A model generated the notes under the pieces. The model was given only the letters and a program-made list of their open reading frames with translations, did not search any database and was not told the DNA's origin. A stretch of DNA of 64,000 bases, from the NCBI GenBank assembly GCA_017647405.1, contig JAGCKR010000019.1:1913-65912 (forward strand), given 5' to 3'. Source of the DNA: Alphaproteobacteria bacterium. Its GTDB lineage: Bacteria; Pseudomonadota; Alphaproteobacteria; CAAHEQ01; UBA3637. Numbering within the stretch: the stretch's first letter is position 1; every line of letters begins with the position of its first letter. Of the stretch, positions 8,535 through 17,149 are shown piece after piece. Made by a program: the position numbers and the translations under genes.

Positions 8535-11302
8535 TGACTGCTGAATCCAATAAATCCCTTTGCCTTGTTGATGGTTCCGGATATATATTCAGGGCGTTTT
8601 ATGCTTTACCCATGATGACCAGACCTGATGGAACGCCTGTTAATGCCGTTTATGGTTTTTTAAATATGCTCATGAATCTTGTATCAGAAAACAGGTGTTC
8701 ACATATTGTTGTTGTTTTTGATGCAAAAAGAAAAAATTTCAGGAATGATATTTTTTCGGCCTATAAAGAAAACAGAAAAGAAACACCGCCAGAATTGGTT
8801 CCGCAATTTCCTTTGATAAGACAAGCCAGTGAAGTTTTAAATATTCCATGGATTGAACTTGAAGGATATGAAGCTGATGATTTAATTGCTACTTATGCAA
8901 AAATAGCCTCAGATCAAGGATGGTGCACAACAGTTGTTTCGGCTGATAAAGATTTAATGCAACTCATGAATGATCATGTATCCTTATATGATCCGATGAA
9001 AAAAAAGATTATCACAAATGAAGACGTCTTAAATAAATTCGGCGTTCTTCCTGATAAAGTCACAGATGTTCAATCACTCATGGGTGATTCAACGGATAAC
9101 ATTCCAGGTGCAACGGGTATTGGTCCTAAAACAGCAGCAGCTCTTATCAATGAATTCGGCTCTCTTGAAAACTTATTAGCAAACATTCCTGATATTAAGA
9201 ATGAAAAAAGGCGCATGATTTTAGAGCGCGATAAAGATCAGATTTTAATTTCTCAAAAGCTTGTTACACTGGATAATCAAGCTCCTGTTTCTTCTGATTT
9301 ATCAATTTTTAAAGCAAAAGAACCTCAAATTGAAAAAATTGAGCCATTTTTAATTGAAAACAATTTTAAAAGTCTACTGGCAAAAATTTCAAATTGGTCT
9401 GTTTCGCGAACAAATGATATCGTCGAAATAAAAAAAAGAGAAATAGTTGAAAAAAAATATTCTCTTGTTCAAACAAAAGAAGAACTAAATACTTGGATTC
9501 AAAGAATTAATCAACAACAGCTTTTTGCCATTGATACAGAAACAACCTCGCTTAACACACAAGAAGCTAAAATTGTTGGTATCTCACTAGCAACTGAGGA
9601 AGGATTGGCTTGTTATATTCCACTCAGACATGGCAAAAAAGAAGAGCAAAGTAATGATTTATTTTCTTTTAATCAACCGATAAAAAAGCATGAAAATCAG
9701 TTAGATGTCAACTATGTTCTCAATGAATTATCCCCTCTTCTTAAAAACGCTAACATCAAAAAAATCGGTCATAATATTAAATATGATATGCATATTTTAG
9801 CCAATGAGTATCAAAATCAACCTTTTGAAATTCAAAACATTGAAGATACCATGGTTTTAAGTTATGTTTTAAATGGGGTTGAACATGGCCACGGAATGGA
9901 CGAACTGGCCTCAATTTATTTGGATTATACAACCATAAAATATCAAGATGTTTGTGGATCAGGAAAAGATAAGATTACATTTGATGAAGTGGAACTTGAT
10001 AAAGCGCTCGATTATGCAGCTGAAGATGCCGATATAACATTGCGCCTATACCATAACCTATATAAAAAATTAAACAATCCGGACTTAAAGAAAATATATT
10101 CTGATATTGAAATGCCCTTGGTTCAAATTCTTTTTGAAATGGAAAGAGCCGGTATAAAGGTTGACTGCAATCATTTAAGCACCTTAAAAATATTTTTTGC
10201 ACAAGAAATTAACAGGCTGACAACTCAAATTTATGAATTAGCCGGTGAAGAGTTCAATATTAATTCTCCGGCACAATTAGGAAATATTCTCTTTGAAAAA
10301 ATGGGTCTTCAAGGTGGTAAAAAGGGATCTAAAGGAACATATTCAACAGATGTCAAAGTGCTTGAATCATTAGCAGAAGAAGGTCATGAAATTGCTAAAA
10401 CAATGCTTGAATATCGATCTGTTTCAAAACTAAAAAGTACATACGTTGATGCGTTGCTTGGTTTAACAGACAAACAAAGTCGAGTTCATACCTCATATAT
10501 GCAAACAGTCACTAGTACCGGTCGCTTATCATCAACGGATCCAAACCTACAAAATATTCCCATTAAAAATCAGGCAGGGAAAGAAATCAGAAAAGCTTTT
10601 ATTGCAAAACCAGGATATAAGCTTGTTGCTGCTGATTATTCTCAAATTGAACTGCGCTTAATGGCCGATGTTGCCGATATTAAAAACCTAAAACAATCAT
10701 TTTTGAATAATGAAGATATTCACACTCGAACAGCGGCACAAATTTTCAATACCCCCATTGATGAGGTTTCAGCAGATTTAAGACGACAAGCAAAAGCCAT
10801 TAATTTTGGAATCATTTATGGCATGAGTGCCTTCGGATTATCGAATCAATTAGGCATATCTCGAACAGAAGCCGGCAAATATATCGAAGCTTATTTAAAA
10901 GAATATCCGGAAATTAAGGAATATATGGATAAAACAACAAACTTTGCAGTTCAACATGGTTATGTTTTAACTCCATTTAAACGAAAATGTTTTATAAGAG
11001 GCATAACAGATCCTAAAACAAAAGGTCTTGCTTCCAGAGCTGCCATTAATGCGCCAATTCAAGGTGGAGCTGCAGATATCATCAAAATGGCAATGATTAA
11101 GGTTATAAAAGAGCTGAAAAAGTCAACTCTTGATGCAACTCTTTTATTGCAGGTTCATGATGAACTTGTTCTAGAAGTAAAAGATGAGCATGTAAACGAA
11201 ATAAAAAATCTTCTTAAAAATGCAATGGAAAATGTTGTTCAACTATCTGTTCCTCTGGTTGTTGAGGTCGGTGTTGCAGATAACTGGAAAGATGCCCACT
11301 AA
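8534..11302 (+). CDS. polA: DNA polymerase I.
   Basis: 922 aa with a 5'-3' exonuclease N-terminus, a 3'-5' exonuclease domain and a polymerase domain (motif A DYSQIELRLMA; motif B RRQAKAINFGIIYGMSAFGL; motif C VHDELVLE). The ATG overlaps the gcrA stop (TAATG). Confidence 0.95.
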   Translation: MTAESNKSLCLVDGSGYIFRAFYALPMMTRPDGTPVNAVYGFLNMLMNLVSENRCSHIVVVFDAKRKNFRNDIFSAYKENRKETPPELVPQFPLIRQASEVLNIPWIELEGYEADDLIATYAKIASDQGWCTTVVSADKDLMQLMNDHVSLYDPMKKKIITNEDVLNKFGVLPDKVTDVQSLMGDSTDNIPGATGIGPKTAAALINEFGSLENLLANIPDIKNEKRRMILERDKDQILISQKLVTLDNQAPVSSDLSIFKAKEPQIEKIEPFLIENNFKSLLAKISNWSVSRTNDIVEIKKREIVEKKYSLVQTKEELNTWIQRINQQQLFAIDTETTSLNTQEAKIVGISLATEEGLACYIPLRHGKKEEQSNDLFSFNQPIKKHENQLDVNYVLNELSPLLKNANIKKIGHNIKYDMHILANEYQNQPFEIQNIEDTMVLSYVLNGVEHGHGMDELASIYLDYTTIKYQDVCGSGKDKITFDEVELDKALDYAAEDADITLRLYHNLYKKLNNPDLKKIYSDIEMPLVQILFEMERAGIKVDCNHLSTLKIFFAQEINRLTTQIYELAGEEFNINSPAQLGNILFEKMGLQGGKKGSKGTYSTDVKVLESLAEEGHEIAKTMLEYRSVSKLKSTYVDALLGLTDKQSRVHTSYMQTVTSTGRLSSTDPNLQNIPIKNQAGKEIRKAFIAKPGYKLVAADYSQIELRLMADVADIKNLKQSFLNNEDIHTRTAAQIFNTPIDEVSADLRRQAKAINFGIIYGMSAFGLSNQLGISRTEAGKYIEAYLKEYPEIKEYMDKTTNFAVQHGYVLTPFKRKCFIRGITDPKTKGLASRAAINAPIQGGAADIIKMAMIKVIKELKKSTLDATLLLQVHDELVLEVKDEHVNEIKNLLKNAMENVVQLSVPLVVEVGVADNWKDAH

Positions 11303-11350
11303 AAAAATATTTTTTAATTCTCTCTTAAAGTTATCATTTAAGAATAAAGT
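11303..11350. repeat. Copy 1 of a roughly 50-nt conserved 3'-end motif containing a short hairpin (terminator-like).
   Basis: The sequence AAAAAATATTTTTTAATTCTCTCTTAAAGTTATCATTTAAGAATAAAG begins immediately after the polA stop. A near-identical copy follows the rmuC stop at 28039. Confidence 0.5.
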
Positions 11351-11547
11351 ATAATACACTGTTTTATAGTAATTTTCTTAAAAAAACCAGCCCATAAAAA
11401 AATAAAACTTTTTATTTCTTACTTATACTTGAAATACACATATTTTGAGTAATTTCTCTTTGAATAAGTTTTTTTCAAAATGCCCTATTCTAACTTAATA
11501 ATTTCAATTAAATAAAAAAAATAGCAAGTCTTTAATATTTATATAAG

Positions 11548-12183
11548 CTAGCTCATTCGACCATTTGAATTATTAGAAAATCCACCAGTATTTTGAGTGA
11601 TATTAGACCCGACCGCTCTTAAAATAGCACTTAAAGATTGTTGTTCCCCATCCACAGCCATTTGAACCAATCTAACTATCCCCGGTACATTATTTAAATA
11701 TTGGACTTGTTGCTCTGTTTGAACTGATCCATTTCTTTGCATACGCACATCCGAATATTTTGAACGACGCGCTTCTGTTTCAGAATATCTTTTTCTCGTA
11801 TCAGTATCCGGATTATAGTTTCTTGCAGCACGCAGCGCTAATTCTTCCCCTCCAAGAACTGAACCATTTTCTTCTTTGGAAATGGCCATTGTCATTGCCG
11901 CTCTAAACTCTGGATCAGAAAAATCGAGCCTTGTGCTAAAATCAATATCATATCCTTGATTTCTTAAATAAGCTAAAACATCACGCGCATATTTGGAAGG
12001 ATTATTACCGCCATCGCTACTGGGAGCATACATGGCAAACATTTCCTTTAAAGTCATACGATCATATCTTCGATATAAAAGCGAATTTAAAGCCGTATAC
12101 CCCTCTTCTAACGTTGCATATTTTGCGTAACCATTGCCGGATCTGATACATCCCGGATTATTATTTTTTGTCCCAATACCCAT
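11548..12183 (-). CDS. Hypothetical protein with atypical, Ala/Arg/Gly-rich composition.
   Basis: 211 aa. The local GC content and amino-acid usage differ from the K/N/I-rich neighbours. It carries an N-terminal NNPGCIRSGNGY motif and a C-terminal tail QQSLSAILRAVGSNITQNTGGFSNNSNGRMS. No confident family assignment. Confidence 0.5.
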   Translation of the reverse strand: MGIGTKNNNPGCIRSGNGYAKYATLEEGYTALNSLLYRRYDRMTLKEMFAMYAPSSDGGNNPSKYARDVLAYLRNQGYDIDFSTRLDFSDPEFRAAMTMAISKEENGSVLGGEELALRAARNYNPDTDTRKRYSETEARRSKYSDVRMQRNGSVQTEQQVQYLNNVPGIVRLVQMAVDGEQQSLSAILRAVGSNITQNTGGFSNNSNGRMS

Positions 12184-12253
12184 TTTAAACTCCTATCAAA
12201 TAAACTTAGTGTCTATATTATATCATATTTTATAATTTTATACAAATAAAATT

Positions 12254-13366
12254 TTATCGATCTCCTCTACTCATATCCAAAATTGGAAGAGGCTCTGTTC
12301 TATCATTTTGAGAAATTTCTTCACTGCTTGCTGCCAATGTTGCAGAAAGTCCTCCTGAAGGTGCCGGCGCTTCTCGTCGTCCAGTCATCACATCAAATGC
12401 TAAATCAGGATTATCCCTATATGCTTCTACTTCAGATGCAGAAATAAAGTGATCTCCATCAACATCTAATCTTCCCAATGCCGTTCGATATTCATCTCTA
12501 GAAACTGTTCCATCATTATTTACATCAAGCTCTTGAAATCTTTCCCCAATAACGCCGGCAGCATCATCTCCAAGTGTTCTCATTAAATTATATCTGGCAA
12601 AATTGCCATCATCATATTCTACTTCATCAATAGCTTCTCTATGATGAGCTTGAATAAAAGCTAATGCCCCACTAAGACCTCCATGCGCATCAATTTCCGA
12701 TTGAGAAATATTACCATCTTTATCCGCATCTAACAAATTTCTGGCACTATTCAGCTCTAACATATCCACACGCCCATCTCTATTTTGATCTAAATCAGCG
12801 GCAATGCCTTGTATAATCTGTTCATCTTCAACATGAAATGTTTCCTGTAAAGCTTCTCTATCAAAATCAACATCGTTACTCAGCAATTTTCTCATTTGAT
12901 AAGTTGATTGAGCCGTACTTACTGTATCTTCCAAAGTTTTTCCAAATGGAATAAGCGCACCAAAAAAACCGGAAATTTTGCCACCTATCCAAGATAATCC
13001 TTCCCCTATTTTATCCCAAAAGGACAACCTTTTTGAATTAACAATTTCAGAAAATTCATCTGTTCCAGTAGCCCCTTCAATACCACTCATCACAGAAGCA
13101 TTTAGTTGCCCTGCTTGATAACCTTCCAATACAACATCACCAACACCCGAAACAGTGTTAAATCCAGGGGTATTCCTTGCTTCTTGAACAGCACGGTTCG
13201 CAAGACCTTTCCCAATTTCAACAATATCTCCTTTTGCAAGTTTTTTAGCATCAACATCAAAACTGAGCGCTTGCGTAAAAGAGTTTCCACTCCGCGCTTG
13301 CCTCATAGCAGTCAGAGTATCCGTTTCACTTTCACCATATGCTTGATGATTTTCAGGCTTTTTCAT
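12254..13366 (-). CDS. EF-hand calcium-binding protein with four canonical EF loops.
   Basis: 370 aa. The four EF loops are DQNRDGRVDMLE, DADKDGNISQSE, DVNNDGTVSRDE and DVDGDHFISASE, all fitting D-x-[DN]-x-D-G-x-[IV]-x-x-x-E. Composition is atypical. The C-terminal tail is GGLSATLAASSEEISQND. Confidence 0.65.
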   Translation of the reverse strand: MKKPENHQAYGESETDTLTAMRQARSGNSFTQALSFDVDAKKLAKGDIVEIGKGLANRAVQEARNTPGFNTVSGVGDVVLEGYQAGQLNASVMSGIEGATGTDEFSEIVNSKRLSFWDKIGEGLSWIGGKISGFFGALIPFGKTLEDTVSTAQSTYQMRKLLSNDVDFDREALQETFHVEDEQIIQGIAADLDQNRDGRVDMLELNSARNLLDADKDGNISQSEIDAHGGLSGALAFIQAHHREAIDEVEYDDGNFARYNLMRTLGDDAAGVIGERFQELDVNNDGTVSRDEYRTALGRLDVDGDHFISASEVEAYRDNPDLAFDVMTGRREAPAPSGGLSATLAASSEEISQNDRTEPLPILDMSRGDR

Positions 13367-13438
13367 TCATCCCCCTTTCTACCTCTCTTTTTCTATTATA
13401 CAATGAAACAAGTCTTTCTGCAAGAGATATCCATAAAA

Positions 13439-14447
13439 CTATCGCCCTTGAGATTGCCTATACCCAACCATAACATCAAAAGCTGCATTTGGATCATCTT
13501 TATAAGCCGATACTTCTTCTCGAGATGCCGTACCATCTCTATTTGTATCCAAACGACCAAGCGCAGTTCGATACTCATGCCGAGAAACCTCTCCATCATT
13601 ATTCCGATCAAGTTCCTCAAATCGCTCTCCTATAACCTGAGCAGAAGCATTACCAAGCGTCCGCATTAAATTATATCTGGCAAAGTTACCTCCATCATAT
13701 TCTACTTCATCAACGGCTTCTTTATGATGCGTCTGAATAAAAGCTAATGCCCCTTCAATACCACCACGAGCATCAATTTCCGATTGAGAAACAGTACCAT
13801 CATTGTTTATATCCAATAACTTTTTTGCTGCAGAAAGCTCTAAGACATCCAACTATCCATCTTTATTTTGATCCAATAATTTTGCTGCTTTTTGCATAAG
13901 GTCCTCATCATCAACATGAATAATCTCTTGTAAATCTTCTCTGTCAAAATCAACATTAAAATTTCAGTTGCAGCATCGTAAACAACTTTTGACATATTGG
14001 TTGCATCTACCGCACTTCCAAAAAATGGAACGATTGCTCGCACTCCTGAAACAATTGACTTGCCTATCCAAGAAAAAAACGACCAAATCGCTTCAAGCGT
14101 TGTTTTACGTTCAGACGTAACCCTTTCTGATAGTTCATCAACACGCAAGGCTCCACCAACACCATACCAAAGTGAATCATGCAACTGTGATGCCTGATAT
14201 GCATTTTCACCCGCATGAACAACCCCTTTCACTCCAGCAACACCAGGGGTTCTGTTTTCAATCACGTTGATTACACCATTTCCAACAGTTTTAGCAATAG
14301 CTTCCTCATTACCTGATATCACTGCAAGCTGGTTTGTTTCAAAAGGGGTATATTCATCCAAAACAGATCTGTCTCTAGCATTTTGCATTGCTGTCACAGA
14401 TCTGTTTCGTTAAAACCGTATGCATAGTGTTCTGTTTTTTCTGTCAT
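13439..14447 (-). pseudogene. Frameshifted tandem paralog of the EF-hand protein gene.
   Basis: Three consecutive minus-strand fragments align to the intact upstream copy. The first (ATG at 14447) reads MTEKTEHYAYGFNETDL*. The second is ORF 13840..14397, TAMQNARDRS...WSFFSWIGKSIVSGVRAIVPFFG. The third is ORF 13439..13852 with EF loops DINNDGTVSQSE, DRNNDGEVSRHE and DTNRDGTASREE. The reading frame changes near 14395 and near 13850-13990. Confidence 0.6.
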
Positions 14448-14637
14448 ATTGCCCCCCTGTATTCATATACTTATTATAGTTTAACACAAAAAACTTTTTT
14501 TGTGCAAAAAAATACTTTGCTATAAAAAAATGCCCTTATACCGCCAAATTTTCAAAATTTTTCATTTTGTCTATTTTCTTTCAAGTTTTTTTGGTGTATA
14601 GTCAAAAAAACAAAACAAAAAACAAAAGGAGTTATCT

Positions 14638-15627
14638 ATGGAAGAAATTATTTTCCCTAACCAAATCAGAATGTTCAGACGTGTTCGAGGTAAAACGATG
14701 AAAAGCTTAGCTGATGCTTTAGGGTTAAGTTTATCTGCTATTTCAAAAATCGAAAAAGGATACAGACGCGTTGATGATGTTCAGTTAAAGAAAATATCTG
14801 CTTTTTTAAACTGCCCAAGTGAATCTCTTTTCGTTAGTGAACGTTCTTCTCAACCAGAAGTTATAAAAGCATGGAAACGCGAACAAGAACGCAGACAAAA
14901 AATCAACTCTGGCTCCGGTTTAAAAACATTGGGTGCTGGTTTAAGATATTTGCGTGGAGAAAAAGGGTTAACTTTATATAACGTTGCCAAGGGCGCCAAA
15001 ATGACTCTTTCGGTTTACCACCGCATTGAAATGGGCCAACGCGAGGTTGATGAAAAAACTTTTAAAGATATTGCTCATGCACTTGGTTATTCCGAAACAG
15101 ATCTCCAACTGAAAATTTATGAATTAGATATGTCTGGAGCATTAGATGAATTAAAATCTCTTGATGGAAAATCCGGTGTTTTCACCTCAAAAGGCGGATA
15201 TAATGATCTTCCAGTCAGCCGATTTATGGTTAGAACAGCCGATTCACAAGAATTTTCAGTTCCAATTTATGGCTTCCCAGCCGAAGGAGATCAAGTTTTA
15301 GTAAACAAAAAACAATCTATTGGTTCTGTTCTTTGCCCATCAACACTTTCAAATGAAAAGGATTTATATGCTATTCGGTTAAAAAATCAGGTATTAGGAC
15401 CCGCTGTTCCTGTCGATGCTGTTTTGGTTGTTGCTCCGGAAGTTAAACCAAACAAAGGAGATATCTGTGTTTTGCCAATTGAAAATGACAGAGTTAAAAT
15501 TGGCGTTTTCAGAACAAATGGGAATGATCAACCAACAATTTTTTCTCCTATTACGGAGCAAACGAATATTCTGTCAACAAATGAGCTTGAATCAATGCAT
15601 CGAGTTGTGATGATTATGATGAGCTAA
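14638..15627 (+). CDS. XRE-family transcriptional regulator with tandem HTH domains and a C-terminal S24 (LexA/CI-like) domain that may be non-catalytic.
   Basis: Two HTH_3-like segments (MKSLADALGLSLSAISKIEKG and LTLYNVAKGAKMTLSVYHRIEMG). The C-terminal beta-rich region has a GDQVLV/GDICVLPIENDRVKIGVF pattern resembling the LexA C-terminus, but with no obvious GDSM serine. An RBS AAAGGAG is upstream. Confidence 0.6.
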   Translation: MEEIIFPNQIRMFRRVRGKTMKSLADALGLSLSAISKIEKGYRRVDDVQLKKISAFLNCPSESLFVSERSSQPEVIKAWKREQERRQKINSGSGLKTLGAGLRYLRGEKGLTLYNVAKGAKMTLSVYHRIEMGQREVDEKTFKDIAHALGYSETDLQLKIYELDMSGALDELKSLDGKSGVFTSKGGYNDLPVSRFMVRTADSQEFSVPIYGFPAEGDQVLVNKKQSIGSVLCPSTLSNEKDLYAIRLKNQVLGPAVPVDAVLVVAPEVKPNKGDICVLPIENDRVKIGVFRTNGNDQPTIFSPITEQTNILSTNELESMHRVVMIMMS

Positions 15628-15668
15628 AGGGGACCGACAAAAAATCACAAAAATAAGGAGAAATCATT

Positions 15669-17126
15669 ATGACAGATACTCTAAAGGATTCATATCCAAT
15701 GCCAACAGAAGATGAGAACTTTGCTTCTCCTTCTGATTTGGCAGAACAGGAATTACCGCCTTTTCAAAATATAACGGAAGATGATATCTTTGCGCACAAC
15801 ATTGACGATGCTTTACTGCAAGAGGCAAAAAATGGCATAGATTATGATGAAAATAATTTACCGGAACGAGAATATATTCCGATGCCGACAATCTTTGAGC
15901 CAATTCCAGAAGAAGCCCAAAAAGAAATTCTTTCGAAGTTTGCCCTTAAAAAACGCGAAAAAGAAAGTTCCGTTATAAAAACAGCACAACGCCTCGTGAA
16001 CCAATTTCGTGCACTATCTGCTTTCCGTGATGATTATGTTGCCGAATATAATGAAGAACTTCTGAATGCTTCTGAAGATGTTCTCTCCTTTTTGCCAACA
16101 ATTATCGGTGGTCCGGCCGTTCGCGAATATTTGGATTACTTGTTAGCTCACAAACAACAAGGCAAAGTTTTTGATCAAGATAATATCGATTTTACTATCA
16201 CCAAAAAGCAAGGCTATCTGCCCTCACCTGATGAAGATGAAATTTATACCGCACCATTAAGAGAAAGTGGCGGTCAAAATATTTCCATTGATCATACACC
16301 GCTTATTCAACAAACACAAATTCTATCTGATACATTAAACTCTCTGAAAAAGAGTTTATCAGACCAAACAGCAGAATTAAAATCCGCTATCACGTTAATG
16401 GGTGAAGCTATTAACAGACCAATTCAAGTTAATACAGAAGGAACTCTTGCTGTTCAACCACAAGAAAGCAGCGAGCAAATTGCTAAATCAGTTCAAATTC
16501 AACGAGAAATGCTTGAAACTGCTTTTGAAAAAATGGTAACGATGCAATCAGATCTTTTCCAAAAAACTGTTGAAGAACTGTCAAAAACCGTTCAAGCGAT
16601 GCAAGAACAGTTACGTCCAACCGGTGTTGTTCGTCAAGCACTGAGCTCTTTAAAAGCGGCACAACAAACAACGAAAGAAGAACAAAACATAGACTCAACC
16701 CAAACAGACGTAAAAGAGAAAAAATCATTAAAACGACAAAATAAAAAAGAAGTTGCTAAATTACCTATAGTCGAAACAACTCAGGAAAAACAACTTGAAC
16801 CAGATTCTTTTGTGGCTCAAGAAGAACAGAATTCAAATCTCGTTGAAGAAAAAGAACCTTTAGTATCAGATGAGATCAAAGATGAAACTCTATCTTCTTT
16901 GGAAAAAGAGGCCGTAGAAACAAAAGAAACCGTTGACCCTTTTAAACCGGTGTCAAAAACAGATGTTCAAGAAAAACCTTTTTCATTGTTAGATGAGCTT
17001 GGCATTAGTGATGAATTTGATTTATATGGCGCAGACAAGAAAAATAAAACCTATTCACTACTTGATGAACTTGAAGATGATGAAATAGAAATGCTTTCAG
17101 AGTTTGATATTTCAAAACAAGATTAA
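15669..17126 (+). CDS. Hypothetical acidic protein with a coiled-coil region and C-terminal repeated SLLDEL-type acidic motifs.
   Basis: 485 aa, rich in E/D/Q. The C-terminus reads FSLLDELGISDEFDLYGADKKNKTYSLLDELEDDEIEMLSEFDI. An RBS AAGGAG is upstream. It is the first gene of a four-gene co-directional cluster. Confidence 0.55.
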   Translation: MTDTLKDSYPMPTEDENFASPSDLAEQELPPFQNITEDDIFAHNIDDALLQEAKNGIDYDENNLPEREYIPMPTIFEPIPEEAQKEILSKFALKKREKESSVIKTAQRLVNQFRALSAFRDDYVAEYNEELLNASEDVLSFLPTIIGGPAVREYLDYLLAHKQQGKVFDQDNIDFTITKKQGYLPSPDEDEIYTAPLRESGGQNISIDHTPLIQQTQILSDTLNSLKKSLSDQTAELKSAITLMGEAINRPIQVNTEGTLAVQPQESSEQIAKSVQIQREMLETAFEKMVTMQSDLFQKTVEELSKTVQAMQEQLRPTGVVRQALSSLKAAQQTTKEEQNIDSTQTDVKEKKSLKRQNKKEVAKLPIVETTQEKQLEPDSFVAQEEQNSNLVEEKEPLVSDEIKDETLSSLEKEAVETKETVDPFKPVSKTDVQEKPFSLLDELGISDEFDLYGADKKNKTYSLLDELEDDEIEMLSEFDISKQD

Positions 17127-17149
17127 GAGGATATTGGGGGACAAAAAAA

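Noticed and set aside
13102-13669. ORFs 13106..13669 (+, 187 aa) and 13102..13290 (-, 62 aa) overlapping the EF-hand gene and its pseudo-copy.
   Set aside because: They are antisense or alternative-frame to a gene with strong motif evidence (EF loops). Their peptides are Ile/Phe/Ser-rich nonsense typical of the opposite strand of AT-poor coding sequence.
14560-14637. Sigma-70 promoter upstream of the XRE regulator (TATAGT at 14597-14602).
   Set aside because: A -10-like hexamer is present, but no acceptable -35 lies at 16-18 nt spacing (TTTCTT at best). In an AT-rich genome such hexamers occur by chance, so I did not call it.
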